A DNA stretch of 64,000 nt from Escherichia phage HEMP5. A program made the position numbers and the translations under genes. A model generated the notes under the pieces. The model was not told the origin of the DNA and made no database searches. It was given only the letters and a program-made list of their open reading frames with translations. The stretch is taken from the sequence record OR424388.1; one strand, written 5' to 3'. This document shows positions 37,464-46,356 of this stretch, piece by piece. The number at the start of each line of letters is the position of its first letter. Positions within the stretch are counted from its first letter, which is position 1.

Positions 37464-37921
37464 TCAGCCTTATATTCAATAACAGGACATACTTTAGCTT
37501 TACGCGCTTTTAAAAATTCGACGATAATAGATTTCTTGGGTTGAATAGGAGGTAAACCTTTATACGCCCTATCAATATTTTCTACATGTAAAGCATAATC
37601 CTTTTTCCATTTATAATCTTTATATTTTTCATGCAGTTGTGCAGGAATAACAAATGAACCAATAATAAGTAAAATAAGCAAAATGGCAAGTATAAATGCT
37701 GATGGAATAAGAGTCCATAAACTACCAAAAATAAGCCATTTCTGTATGATTTCTGCACAGATAATAGTTAGACCTGCGAGTATAGTACATCCGAAAAAAG
37801 AAACGAAAAATGTAGGGATAACAATAGACCAAAAGTATGCACACAGTGTCTTAGGTCGTTTCCATTCGTCGTTAAACAGTTTGAATAATTTATAGTGCCA
37901 AGAGTTTTCATTAATAATCAT
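37460..37921 (-). CDS. membrane protein
   Basis: 153 aa; 3-4 predicted transmembrane helices; AGGA RBS. Confidence 0.7.
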   Translation of the reverse strand: MIINENSWHYKLFKLFNDEWKRPKTLCAYFWSIVIPTFFVSFFGCTILAGLTIICAEIIQKWLIFGSLWTLIPSAFILAILLILLIIGSFVIPAQLHEKYKDYKWKKDYALHVENIDRAYKGLPPIQPKKSIIVEFLKARKAKVCPVIEYKAE

Positions 37922-37923
37922 AA

Positions 37924-38445
37924 TTATCCTTTCATTGAAGGTGTAACAGTTGTTAAATACTTAATCATAGCTTCAGCTTCTGATTTTGATAATGAAATTT
38001 CTCCATTGTTTTGACGAATAGAAATAAAATCCGGATGACGGTCACCACCAGCTTTTAAAACACACATATAAGTATCAGTTTCATCTTCAATATCTGAAAT
38101 GATTGAAGCAGTTCCACATGAATGTGGTTTTTGATAAATCAATACAGCTTTTCTTCCACCGTTTGACTGTTCATAAACTTTTAACACATCAAACAAATCG
38201 CTTCTTTTATCAATAGCTAAGATGTTGTTTTCATCTTCAATATTAAATCCTTCGGATACTTCATAAAGTGTCACCCATAAATCACCAATATCAATAACAG
38301 CGTTCACTTTTCCATGACTTTCAAGAGCATTACAAATTTTCTTAATTTCATCATAACTCATTTTAATAATATCATCTCCTTGAATAAGGAAGATGTCATT
38401 TTTAAATTCAACGCGAATTAAACCACTTCCACTTGAAATAAACAT
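37924..38445 (-). CDS. hypothetical protein (tandem paralog 1)
   Basis: 173 aa; C-terminal motif EAEAMIKYLTTVTPSM shared with the next gene. Confidence 0.7.
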   Translation of the reverse strand: MFISSGSGLIRVEFKNDIFLIQGDDIIKMSYDEIKKICNALESHGKVNAVIDIGDLWVTLYEVSEGFNIEDENNILAIDKRSDLFDVLKVYEQSNGGRKAVLIYQKPHSCGTASIISDIEDETDTYMCVLKAGGDRHPDFISIRQNNGEISLSKSEAEAMIKYLTTVTPSMKG

Positions 38446-38451
38446 ATTTCC

Positions 38452-38985
38452 TCACTTTGAAATCATAGTTGGAATGACAGAATCAAGATAAGTCTTTAGC
38501 GCAATAGCTTCGTCTTTGGTAAATGTGACAATATGCGATCGAAAATCATCAATTTGACGAATAGTTAAGACATCTCCATCTTCATAACATTTTGATACGT
38601 TTAAAACAGTTTCATCATTATGATTGCAAGCGTTAGTAATAATAGCATTGCAATTTTTAAACCATTTTAAACTATGTTTTCTTTCATTAGAATAATAAAA
38701 ATATTTAATCTTATCTATAAAACTGTCCCAATGAATAACTGATAGGCATATTGACTCGCTTTCAATATTAAATCCTGGGCATGAAGAATAAAAATGAATT
38801 TTGTGCTCATCATTGATGCTTACTATTTTATCAGTATAAGGATATTCAATTTGGGTTAAATGAATGATTTCACTAGGCGTAAAATATAGCATATCGTCTT
38901 CTTGTGTCAAACGATACATATTATTTACTTTTTCTATAGCTAATTCACCAAAAAGCGGACTAACTTCTAATACTAATCGTTTCAT
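38452..38985 (-). CDS. hypothetical protein (tandem paralog 2)
   Basis: 177 aa from ATG (the six-frame ORF starts at an upstream GTG); C-terminal EAIALKTYLDSVIPTM. Confidence 0.7.
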   Translation of the reverse strand: MKRLVLEVSPLFGELAIEKVNNMYRLTQEDDMLYFTPSEIIHLTQIEYPYTDKIVSINDEHKIHFYSSCPGFNIESESICLSVIHWDSFIDKIKYFYYSNERKHSLKWFKNCNAIITNACNHNDETVLNVSKCYEDGDVLTIRQIDDFRSHIVTFTKDEAIALKTYLDSVIPTMISK

Positions 38986-39149
38986 ATTGATTCTCTTCGA
39001 CTCACCCACAATTACATACTCCTTTGAATAATATCAATAATGTTGTTCACCAGATTATAAGTAAACATTGGATAATTATATTGAATCATCACATACACAA
39101 CAAACAAAACTTTCATTCTCTTCTCCTTGGCAGTTGACAAGATTACTAT

Positions 39150-39350
39150 ATCATAACCTTGCCAACTTGTAAACCATTAAATGACGTTTTCAATAAAATT
39201 CTGAAGCTTTGTGTGAGCATCAACCATGATTTTCATTTCTTCCTTTGCGAAAGCTGTACCTCTTTCCCTAGCAGAATACTCATAGTCAGAAACTGCATTA
39301 GCATATTCTTCAATTAGCTTCATTAAAAACATCTGCTTTTCAGTTTTCAT
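39150..39350 (-). CDS. possible small protein (about 57-66 aa)
   Basis: Hand-translated ORF (MKTEKQMFLMKLIEEYANAVSDYEYS...) filling a 330-bp gap; not in the six-frame track, so my reading may contain an error. Confidence 0.3.
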
Positions 39351-39534
39351 TATTCCACCTAATCATTTCAAGATATTGAACTAACTTAGCTTTGGATTTA
39401 TCCAAATCCTTTTTAGCTGCTTCTATACCATCGTATGAGTATCCTTCACAATGCTCAACTGCTAATTGATATGAATCTATTTCAACATCACGTGCTAATT
39501 TAATAATTTTTTCAAACTGTTCACGTGTTAGCAT
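39340..39534 (-). CDS. hypothetical protein
   Basis: 64 aa; ATG start. Confidence 0.55.
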   Translation of the reverse strand: MLTREQFEKIIKLARDVEIDSYQLAVEHCEGYSYDGIEAAKKDLDKSKAKLVQYLEMIRWNNEN

Positions 39535-39536
39535 AC

Positions 39537-39740
39537 TTAAACTCTCGTATTATGATCGATAATTTCATCAAGAAACATATCTAAAGCTTCTACAGCATTA
39601 TCAACTTTAGCTTCAAATTTTTCAATACCTTTATTTGCAATGCCTGCCGAAAACCAAGCAAAGTCACTAAGTTCCTCATCTGCTTTGCGAATTAAAGCTA
39701 CCAATTCTTTAATTTTATCTGCTTGTTCAATTCTAGCCAT
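39537..39740 (-). CDS. hypothetical protein
   Basis: 67 aa from ATG with GGTGGA RBS (the six-frame ORF starts at an upstream GTG). Confidence 0.55.
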   Translation of the reverse strand: MARIEQADKIKELVALIRKADEELSDFAWFSAGIANKGIEKFEAKVDNAVEALDMFLDEIIDHNTRV

Positions 39741-39928
39741 TATTCCACCACATATGAAAGAGAGAATATTGCACACGCCATATGAGTTGCAGCTTCATCA
39801 CACATATCATAACGTTTCTTAAGAAGTTCTACAAGTTCTTCACTAGTAACTTCATCCATGTCGACGAAAAAATCACCATTAATGATGACGTAGATATTTC
39901 CTTCTTGATTGAGTGCTTCAATTTTCAT
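39740..39928 (-). CDS. hypothetical acidic protein
   Basis: 62 aa from ATG just downstream of an early promoter; the six-frame ORF extension is leader read-through. Confidence 0.55.
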   Translation of the reverse strand: MKIEALNQEGNIYVIINGDFFVDMDEVTSEELVELLKKRYDMCDEAATHMACAIFSLSYVVE

Positions 39929-39956
39929 GATGTTCTCCTCTTTATCCGATGGTTGT

Positions 39957-39986
39957 ATAGTATCACAGCTCAAATTGAAAGTAAAC
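39957..39986 (-). promoter_or_regulatory. T4-early-type promoter (-35 GTTTAC, -10 TACTAT)
   Basis: Minus strand; adjacent to the terminator hairpin at 39997-40018 (PeSL-like cassette). Confidence 0.55.
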
Positions 39987-39996
39987 TGGTAAAATG

Positions 39997-40018
39997 AAAA
40001 AAGTCTCCCGAAGGAGAC
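39997..40018 (-). terminator. terminator hairpin GUCUCC-UUCG-GGAGAC plus U6
   Basis: Immediately 3' of the rI.-1 stop on the minus RNA. Confidence 0.6.
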
Positions 40019-40023
40019 TAATG

Positions 40024-40410
40024 TTATTCGAGGGAAAGAAGATATTTGCTCTGGTAAAACATCCCAGTAATATCATCTATCGTGCTTTGAATAGCTGGAG
40101 GCATTTCTTTATAAATGCTGTTAGATTGGTCTAGTATGTGATCAATCATTCTAATTGTGTCGGTAGGAAGTTTACTGGCATCTGGAATAGAAGGCGTGTA
40201 TTTTCTACCAGAATACCCCAAATATTGCTCACCAAATTTATCAATCAAATCTGGCAACTCAGAGAAAATAAAATCGTATGCTTTGTGTCTAGCATAACTT
40301 TTAGTTTCAAAATGCGCAGAATGAAAATAAGCTTGTGCAGCCATTAATAAACCTAAGTATTCATCTGCCTTTGAAGGTTTTCCACTTTGTGAAAAGTCGC
40401 TGAATTTCAT
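40024..40410 (-). CDS. hypothetical protein (rI.-1 position)
   Basis: 128 aa; ATGA overlap with the rI stop. Confidence 0.75.
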   Translation of the reverse strand: MKFSDFSQSGKPSKADEYLGLLMAAQAYFHSAHFETKSYARHKAYDFIFSELPDLIDKFGEQYLGYSGRKYTPSIPDASKLPTDTIRMIDHILDQSNSIYKEMPPAIQSTIDDITGMFYQSKYLLSLE

Positions 40411-40700
40411 TCAGTCTCCAATTTAATGTTCATAATTCTAGCGTATGATTGTGCCATCTCCGCGCCTCGTTCTATACATTCAAAATCGGAAGAGCACGGG
40501 TCATTTTTATAAGTCGTTCGCATAAAACTATAGAACTGTTCAGATGATTCTACGCTTTTATTTTCAAAAAGCATATAAACGTGTCTAATACCAGATTCCA
40601 TAAATTTATCAAAATGAGGATCGACATTCGCTTCAATTGGTGGAGATAAAGCAAACGCTAATCCTAGCATGGCAAATAGTGCCGTTGCTTTTAAGGCCAT
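40407..40700 (-). CDS. rI: antiholin RI (lysis inhibition)
   Basis: 97 aa; signal-anchor N-terminus; GGAGG RBS; near-identical to recalled T4 RI. Confidence 0.93.
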   Translation of the reverse strand: MALKATALFAMLGLAFALSPPIEANVDPHFDKFMESGIRHVYMLFENKSVESSEQFYSFMRTTYKNDPCSSDFECIERGAEMAQSYARIMNIKLETE

Positions 40701-40712
40701 AAAGGCCTCCTA

Positions 40713-40925
40713 TCATTTTTGTCCTGTATTTACTTTATGCCGATGCACGGCCTTAACTTTATCAAGGTATTTTTCAAAATTTCGCAATCTAGTATAGTCT
40801 GCCGGAGATTGGTTGAGTGATACTTCTCGACGCAAAGCTGAAATGATATTTCCAACTTCCCTACGAATTTCATCTAATTGAAGAACAGTAAGATTGCGAA
40901 GTTGCTTTTCAGTTAATTGTAGCAT
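40713..40925 (-). CDS. hypothetical protein (rI.1 position)
   Basis: 70 aa; ATG start. Confidence 0.7.
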
Positions 40926-40967
40926 ATATACCCCTTTAGTTAGATAAACCTATTTATAACTTTTGCA

Positions 40968-41549
40968 CTAACCGAGCTTTTTAGTTAATTCATTCCAATG
41001 TTTTCTACACAAAGAAACATAAATTTCATCACCAATACAGATTTGATTACCTTCTTTAACTGGTGTTCCATCTTCCATTAATCGAGCTGTCATAATAGCT
41101 TTTTTACCACAATGACAAACTGCCTTTAGTTCAATAAGTTTATCTGCAATCGCCAAAAGTTCTTTAGAACCTTCAAATAATTTTCCAGCGAAATCAGTCC
41201 TTAGCCCATAAGCCATAACAGGAACATTATATGTATCAACAATTCGACTTAATTGATGCACCTGTTCAGTTTTTAAAAACTGAGCTTCATCTACAAATAC
41301 ACAATGAATATCTTTTTGTGCTTCAGCCCATTTATAGAACTCAAAAATATCCATATCATCCGTAATAATATTCGCTTCCTGCTTAATTCCAATGCGAGAA
41401 ACGACTTCACAGACAGAATCGCGAGTATCAATAGCAGGCTTAAGAACTAATACACCCATTCCGCGTTCTTTATAATTATGTGCAGCAGTCAAAAGAGAAG
41501 CAGATTTTCCAGCATTCATTGCTGCGTAAGTAAAAATTAAACTCGCCAT
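40968..41549 (-). CDS. tk: thymidine kinase
   Basis: 193 aa; P-loop GKSASLL and zinc ribbon CHCG...C. Confidence 0.95.
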   Translation of the reverse strand: MASLIFTYAAMNAGKSASLLTAAHNYKERGMGVLVLKPAIDTRDSVCEVVSRIGIKQEANIITDDMDIFEFYKWAEAQKDIHCVFVDEAQFLKTEQVHQLSRIVDTYNVPVMAYGLRTDFAGKLFEGSKELLAIADKLIELKAVCHCGKKAIMTARLMEDGTPVKEGNQICIGDEIYVSLCRKHWNELTKKLG

Positions 41550-41558
41550 ATCACCTTC

Positions 41559-41744
41559 TTAAAGCATATTCACATAAGCTATTAATTCGTTTTCTTTCTT
41601 ATCAAACCGATCAGCAAATTCTTCCTGGTGTTCGGGAGATAGCGGGCCGTATTCATCATAAAAGGTGTTTGCTTCTGTATGCTCATCTAGAAGTTCATGG
41701 ATAAGCTCAAACAATTTATCTTTTTGTTCTTTACTCAGACTCAT
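41559..41744 (-). CDS. hypothetical acidic protein (tk.1 position)
   Basis: 61 aa; ATG start. Confidence 0.6.
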   Translation of the reverse strand: MSLSKEQKDKLFELIHELLDEHTEANTFYDEYGPLSPEHQEEFADRFDKKENELIAYVNML

Positions 41745-41914
41745 ATATTAATTTCCAGAAGTTTTAAAATAATTCGCTTTTGCTTAAATATTTCCATAGT
41801 TAAATGATCAGTATCTTTTTGACCAATTCCGATGGCAAAACCTTTATTAACAGCGAGTTCAATTAAATTATCAAGCTCACGTAACACTTCATATTGTAAC
41901 TCAGAACTATTCAT
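41741..41914 (-). CDS. small hypothetical protein (57 aa)
   Basis: ATGA overlaps at both ends with neighbouring genes; MNSSELQYEVLRELDNLIELAVNKGFAIGIGQKD... Confidence 0.45.
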   Translation of the reverse strand: MNSSELQYEVLRELDNLIELAVNKGFAIGIGQKDTDHLTMEIFKQKRIILKLLEINI

Positions 41915-42117
41915 TTTGGTTTACCTTCTTTAACAAAATCGGGATAAGGATAAAATCCTGAATAAAATCCTTCACCTTTATGATTAATGCATCCTTTATT
42001 AGAGCAATAGCACCAATAATCGAAATCACAAGCCATTTCATCATTGCATAAAGCAAAAACAACTGGCCATTTACACTTTTCACAATGTGCATTTTTAAGA
42101 ATGCTAATTTGGCTCAT
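41911..42117 (-). CDS. cysteine-rich small protein
   Basis: 68 aa from ATG overlapping the upstream stop (ATGA); 9 Cys (CEKCKW...CNDEMAC...CYCSNKGC). Confidence 0.55.
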   Translation of the reverse strand: MSQISILKNAHCEKCKWPVVFALCNDEMACDFDYWCYCSNKGCINHKGEGFYSGFYPYPDFVKEGKPK

Positions 42118-42326
42118 AACCATGTAACCTTTAAGCAATATTCTTCTACATGCTGTTTACGACCTTTCTTATCAATAAAGGTATATTCAACGAATGTTCC
42201 AATATAGTCTTTATCTACATCATGTGGACTATTAATTGGGCATTTAGTACGGCAAATGCGTTCCCATTGACGAATAATTTCCACTTTGTTTTTAGGATCA
42301 AACGGATGCGGGTAATGTGCTTTCAT
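42114..42326 (-). CDS. hypothetical protein
   Basis: 70 aa; ATG start. Confidence 0.6.
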   Translation of the reverse strand: MKAHYPHPFDPKNKVEIIRQWERICRTKCPINSPHDVDKDYIGTFVEYTFIDKKGRKQHVEEYCLKVTWL

Positions 42327-42777
42327 AATCCACCACTATTAAATCAATATCAGGAGTAAACATGTCGATTAATTTAGAAACCTTATCCCAATCACCGCCA
42401 GCAATACCACAACCTATGCGTGGAATGTAAATTACTGGTTTAAACAAAAGGGTTTCTGCCTGTAGATTTAATTCTATCATGCAGTTTACTAAAGCACCAT
42501 AATCAAGATTAGGACCTGGTTCGTATTGTGTATACAGGTTATAGCATATACCAAATCCTGTAGGATTATGTTTAAAAACAATAGACATATCACCTAATTT
42601 ATCACGAGAACCGTACTCAGTAGTGGTTTTATCTATTTCTAAAATTTTAGGATAGGCCCTTGCTAATTGACCTGCTACACCTGAACCCATAGTATGAAAG
42701 CAGTTGCACCCATGCGCAATAATATTACCTTGAAGAAATAGGGCGACAATATCGCCCTTGATATATTTTACAATCAT
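42298..42777 (-). CDS. macro-domain protein (predicted ADP-ribose binding/hydrolase)
   Basis: 159 aa; macro-domain-like motifs KGDIV...IIAHGCNCFHTMGSGVAGQLA and IPRIGCGIAGGDW; ATGA overlap upstream. Confidence 0.8.
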   Translation of the reverse strand: MIVKYIKGDIVALFLQGNIIAHGCNCFHTMGSGVAGQLARAYPKILEIDKTTTEYGSRDKLGDMSIVFKHNPTGFGICYNLYTQYEPGPNLDYGALVNCMIELNLQAETLLFKPVIYIPRIGCGIAGGDWDKVSKLIDMFTPDIDLIVVDYESTLPASV

Positions 42778-43115
42778 CTAGTACTCAATCCTCGATTATA
42801 AGAATCTACCAAACGGTCAACCATTGAATGACAAGCGGCTTTATCTTTCTCCTCCGCAACTGAACATTCTAAGGTATTCCACTTTTTAGCATATCGTTTT
42901 AATAAAGTATCATTTTTGTATCTGCTTGATTTATCTCTTTCTCCGTCTTTATATGCATATATTAATTTCTGCGCAAATTCAGCTTGGCATGCTTTATTTT
43001 TCCCGCAATAATCCGCGGCAGTACGGTTTACATACTCTCTAATTTCAGTATATGATGTATTTGCTAACGCAGAAAATGAAATTAATCCTATACATAAAAC
43101 CAAAATTTTAGTCAT
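42774..43115 (-). CDS. secreted protein (signal peptide)
   Basis: 113 aa; N-terminal signal peptide MTKILVLCIGLISFSALA; 4 Cys. Confidence 0.7.
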   Translation of the reverse strand: MTKILVLCIGLISFSALANTSYTEIREYVNRTAADYCGKNKACQAEFAQKLIYAYKDGERDKSSRYKNDTLLKRYAKKWNTLECSVAEEKDKAACHSMVDRLVDSYNRGLSTR

Positions 43116-43653
43116 TTACTATTTCCAGTAGTTTATTATTTTTAAGGTAGTTAGCCTTTTCTAGGACTTCAGAAGCATATTTAGAACCTGCTTTAACATT
43201 CCATCCCGAATTATAAGAGGATATTGCCTTTCTTATATCACCCTTATGTATATTTAACCAATAAGAAAGTTCAATGTACGCCCAGGAAGCTGAATTGGAC
43301 CGTTTATTCAACATTCTTTTTATTTCAGCATCGGTCATATTATAACCAAGTTCCTTAACTCTTGCTCGCATTGTCGGCAAATAATTTTGGAACATTCCGT
43401 AGGCATGATGCTTTGGTTTAGATTTTAAATTAACTCCGGCAGAGCTTTCTTGCCATAAAATAGCAGCCATTATATGACCTAATCCGCTCTTGTGGATATT
43501 TTTGTGTGTTTTATATTTTCCATCCTTAGAAAATTGTTCCCCGAATTGATACGCGTAACGCATGTTATCGAGTTGGACATTACTGAAAGTATGCTCGGAG
43601 CTATGCGCCATCATTGAAATGGCCAATAGACCAGCGAGTAGTGCTTTTCTCAT
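43108..43653 (-). CDS. periplasmic lytic-transglycosylase-like protein
   Basis: 181 aa; signal peptide; SLT-type motif ILWQESSAG...YGMFQ. Confidence 0.75.
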   Translation of the reverse strand: MRKALLAGLLAISMMAHSSEHTFSNVQLDNMRYAYQFGEQFSKDGKYKTHKNIHKSGLGHIMAAILWQESSAGVNLKSKPKHHAYGMFQNYLPTMRARVKELGYNMTDAEIKRMLNKRSNSASWAYIELSYWLNIHKGDIRKAISSYNSGWNVKAGSKYASEVLEKANYLKNNKLLEIVND

Positions 43654-43660
43654 GCTTACC

Positions 43661-44122
43661 TCATTGAGTTTTAATTACTGCTTTAGAAGCCTTTCCTGGT
43701 AAACGACGACTGTTAATAATTGCCATCCTGCACTGAAGTGACGGGTCTTTGAACTTCGCATTAGGTTTACAAACTGTAAATCCAAGCCAAAGATTTCCAT
43801 CTGTGATTTCTAAACGTCCAGGACGATATTCAACCCCATCAATAAAATCCTCATTAATGTCAGGACGCGGAGGCATACTTAGGAATTCATTAACTTCTAA
43901 AACATGGTCTTTTATTTTATGGAATAATTCAAAAACATATGTCTCATCAATCTCCCGTTGAATTGCACGATCAAGAAGATGTTGAGAATATTTTAGATGA
44001 AACGATGAGACCCCTGCTGCTTTTGATGCCTCACGAATCTCATTGTTAATTTGACGAAACTCCGACTCAAAGTGACGACGGAGCTTATTTCGACGGATAA
44101 AAACTTCTGTGTTGATAGTCAT
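43661..44122 (-). CDS. regB: RegB endoribonuclease
   Basis: 153 aa; near-identical to recalled T4 RegB. Confidence 0.93.
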   Translation of the reverse strand: MTINTEVFIRRNKLRRHFESEFRQINNEIREASKAAGVSSFHLKYSQHLLDRAIQREIDETYVFELFHKIKDHVLEVNEFLSMPPRPDINEDFIDGVEYRPGRLEITDGNLWLGFTVCKPNAKFKDPSLQCRMAIINSRRLPGKASKAVIKTQ

Positions 44123-44149
44123 GTTATTCTCCTCTTAACTGATAGAAAA

Positions 44150-44179
44150 ATTATACCACAGTCAAGAGGAAAAGTAAAC
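44150..44179 (-). promoter_or_regulatory. T4-early-type promoter upstream of regB (-35 GTTTAC, 18-nt spacer, -10 TATAAT)
   Basis: Minus strand; consensus elements about 25 nt upstream of the regB ATG. Confidence 0.55.
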
Positions 44180-44181
44180 AG

Positions 44182-44463
44182 TTATTCTTTAAATCTAATC
44201 AATTTATTCATAGACTTTGAAACTTCTGCACGAACCTCATGTAGGTTTTTAAGCTGTTCAAGACGCTGCTCATAGTAAGCAATTTCATCTTCTTCGAGAC
44301 AGTCCTGTGAATCTTCTTTAAGATAACTCGCATAATCCTGGAAAGCTTTACGAACTACTTCCTGGAAGTCATCAAGACTTTGAATTTTCTTAGGAGCAAC
44401 AGATACACGACGAGGGGCAGCAGTATAATACTCATAACCAAACCCTGCGCTTAATTGAGCCAT
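44182..44463 (-). CDS. hypothetical protein
   Basis: 93 aa from ATG overlapping the upstream stop (TAATG); the six-frame ORF starts further upstream. Confidence 0.6.
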   Translation of the reverse strand: MAQLSAGFGYEYYTAAPRRVSVAPKKIQSLDDFQEVVRKAFQDYASYLKEDSQDCLEEDEIAYYEQRLEQLKNLHEVRAEVSKSMNKLIRFKE

Positions 44464-44729
44464 TAATATTTTTCCTCTGGTTGGAACACAGCACGACAAG
44501 CCCACATACTGGCTTCTTTGAGTTTCGTTTTAGCAATAGTTAACTGATCGAGGCTTTCAGCATAATTCTTCGCGAATTCACAGTCTTCACAATTATCTAG
44601 TGCTTCCCAGAATTCATCATATAAAGCGTCAAAGATAAATCCTAAACGAACTTCAGCATCTTTGATAGCATTTACTTTACCGATTTTTTCGTCGGTATGT
44701 GGCTTATAACCTTTAACATCTTCAATCAT
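44463..44729 (-). CDS. hypothetical protein
   Basis: 88 aa from ATG with GAGGAA RBS (the six-frame ORF starts at an upstream TTG). Confidence 0.6.
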   Translation of the reverse strand: MIEDVKGYKPHTDEKIGKVNAIKDAEVRLGFIFDALYDEFWEALDNCEDCEFAKNYAESLDQLTIAKTKLKEASMWACRAVFQPEEKY

Positions 44730-44943
44730 ATTTGACTTCCTCACCAGTACATAAATCGTATTCAACTAAACGAATAGGTTCATGAATGCCATATCCCTGA
44801 ACAGAAATTTCTGTCGTAGGATAAATTCCATTAATATCACCCATGTTCCACGCTTCATTAAATTGCTGTTCGCCTGAATTACTAAACCACTCGGCGAAAG
44901 CATTTAGCACATCTTCAGAACCTTCAATAATTATCTTTGCCAT
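44722..44943 (-). CDS. hypothetical acidic protein
   Basis: 73 aa; TAATG overlap with the next gene. Confidence 0.6.
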   Translation of the reverse strand: MAKIIIEGSEDVLNAFAEWFSNSGEQQFNEAWNMGDINGIYPTTEISVQGYGIHEPIRLVEYDLCTGEEVKYD

Positions 44944-45305
44944 TACAGACTCTCAGTAAAGGTACGAGCGATAACGTCGCGCTGCTGTTCCGGAGTCAGA
45001 GAGTTAAAGCGAACTGCATAACCGGATACACGGATGGTCAGCTGCGGATATTTTTCCGGATGCTTAACTGCATCTTCCAGAGTTTCGCGACGCAGAACGT
45101 TAACGTTCAGGTGTTGACCACCTTCAATTTTAACCGTAGGCTGTGGTTCAATTTCAATTTCACGGGCATGCAAACCATAGAAAATTTCTGGGTCTACAAA
45201 AGAGTCCTCTTTAAAAGTTTTAGAGACAATAATTCGTGCTTGAATACCATCTTCAAAATAAATAGTACCTTTATGCGTGCCTTCAAGAATTTGATATGCT
45301 TTCAT
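44943..45305 (-). CDS. autonomous glycyl radical cofactor (GrcA/YfiD-like, T4 Y06I-type)
   Basis: 120 aa from ATG with GAGAGG RBS; C-terminal about 60 aa matches the E. coli GrcA/PflB glycyl radical domain ([39 protein letters not shown]). Confidence 0.88.
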   Translation of the reverse strand: MKAYQILEGTHKGTIYFEDGIQARIIVSKTFKEDSFVDPEIFYGLHAREIEIEPQPTVKIEGGQHLNVNVLRRETLEDAVKHPEKYPQLTIRVSGYAVRFNSLTPEQQRDVIARTFTESL

Positions 45306-45313
45306 ATAACCTC

Positions 45314-45694
45314 TCAATTAGAAAATAAATTTATCCAAGATTGTTCTTTAATTAAAAATGGCTCAGAATCATATGCCATTAAACTTTGGGTGATTAGTCC
45401 TTTAAAAGGTCCATCAATAAATTCCATGGTAAAATATGGAATTTTATTCATTAATCTTGCATTAGGAGCAGTACACAAAACTCTGCATCCTTTGAATACA
45501 CCTTTTTGTAATTTGTATTGCTTAGGATAAAATTCGCTCAAGACGTTGTTATTTGCCAAAATTTCAAAATGATTCACCAATTTATTTTTAATAGTTTTTG
45601 GCGAAAAATAAAGATATTCGAAAAGTTGCGTATCTGTCATCATTGCATCCCAATTACGAAAAACTGTGGACGAGTAATACCACCAATGCAACAT
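45314..45694 (-). CDS. hypothetical protein
   Basis: 126 aa; ATG start. Confidence 0.65.
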   Translation of the reverse strand: MLHWWYYSSTVFRNWDAMMTDTQLFEYLYFSPKTIKNKLVNHFEILANNNVLSEFYPKQYKLQKGVFKGCRVLCTAPNARLMNKIPYFTMEFIDGPFKGLITQSLMAYDSEPFLIKEQSWINLFSN

Positions 45695-46209
45695 TTACTA
45701 TTGCAGCAGTAATGTACAGTGTCAATATGGACACTATAAATTTTATCCATATCGGGAGCTTTAACAGGCTCATCAATTATATACAAAATTCGCGAAAGCA
45801 ATAAACCCCTGAACTTGCTTCCTTTATTGCCAATAAAACTGCGCACAGAATCAGTAAATAAGCGGAATCGAATATCATCATTAGAATAACGCGAAAATTC
45901 TTTTTTAATGTGGCCCGCAGAAATTTTAGCGTAAGCTGAAGTATTAGAAAGAACAATAACTGTTCCGCCATCATACAGCCAATTAGCAGCGAAGTTAGTC
46001 ACAGCAGTTGATTTACCGGATTGACGTCCACCATCTAGTCGAAGTGTGCAATACTGTTTGAGTAAGTCTTCAAATGGTGGGATATAATCGTTTTTACAAA
46101 TTTCTTCTACTCTAGCATCAGAATGGTGTGTAAAAGCATTCATCAGGGATAGATAAGGACCAGTTAAAAATGTTTTCATTTTGTTATCTCTAAATTTGGG
46201 CCATTCCAT
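45640..46209 (-). CDS. P-loop NTPase (Walker A GGRQSGKST, Walker B ILYIIDE)
   Basis: 189 aa (or 179 from the second ATG); no recognisable RBS. Confidence 0.65.
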   Translation of the reverse strand: MEWPKFRDNKMKTFLTGPYLSLMNAFTHHSDARVEEICKNDYIPPFEDLLKQYCTLRLDGGRQSGKSTAVTNFAANWLYDGGTVIVLSNTSAYAKISAGHIKKEFSRYSNDDIRFRLFTDSVRSFIGNKGSKFRGLLLSRILYIIDEPVKAPDMDKIYSVHIDTVHYCCNSKCCIGGITRPQFFVIGMQ

Positions 46210-46336
46210 GGCGCATGAATTGTCCGTTTCTGTATTTACCCATTACCGCACTTGGGCTCGACCTTATTACAGGTTGGCGGGAATCCCTCACAGAATCATG
46301 AGGTCCAGCTTGTTCCCATGTTATTTGAATGTAAAT

Positions 46337-46354
46337 AGGCCTAAGTATAGGCCT
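46337..46354 (-). terminator. terminator hairpin (AGGCCUA-UACU-UAGGCCU) after ipIII
   Basis: 7-bp stem, 4-nt loop, U-rich tail on the minus RNA. Confidence 0.5.
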
Positions 46355-46356
46355 TA

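Noticed and set aside
44937-45530. 197-aa plus-strand ORF
   Set aside because: Antisense to the GrcA-like gene and its neighbour, both of which have clear homology and RBSs; no start context.
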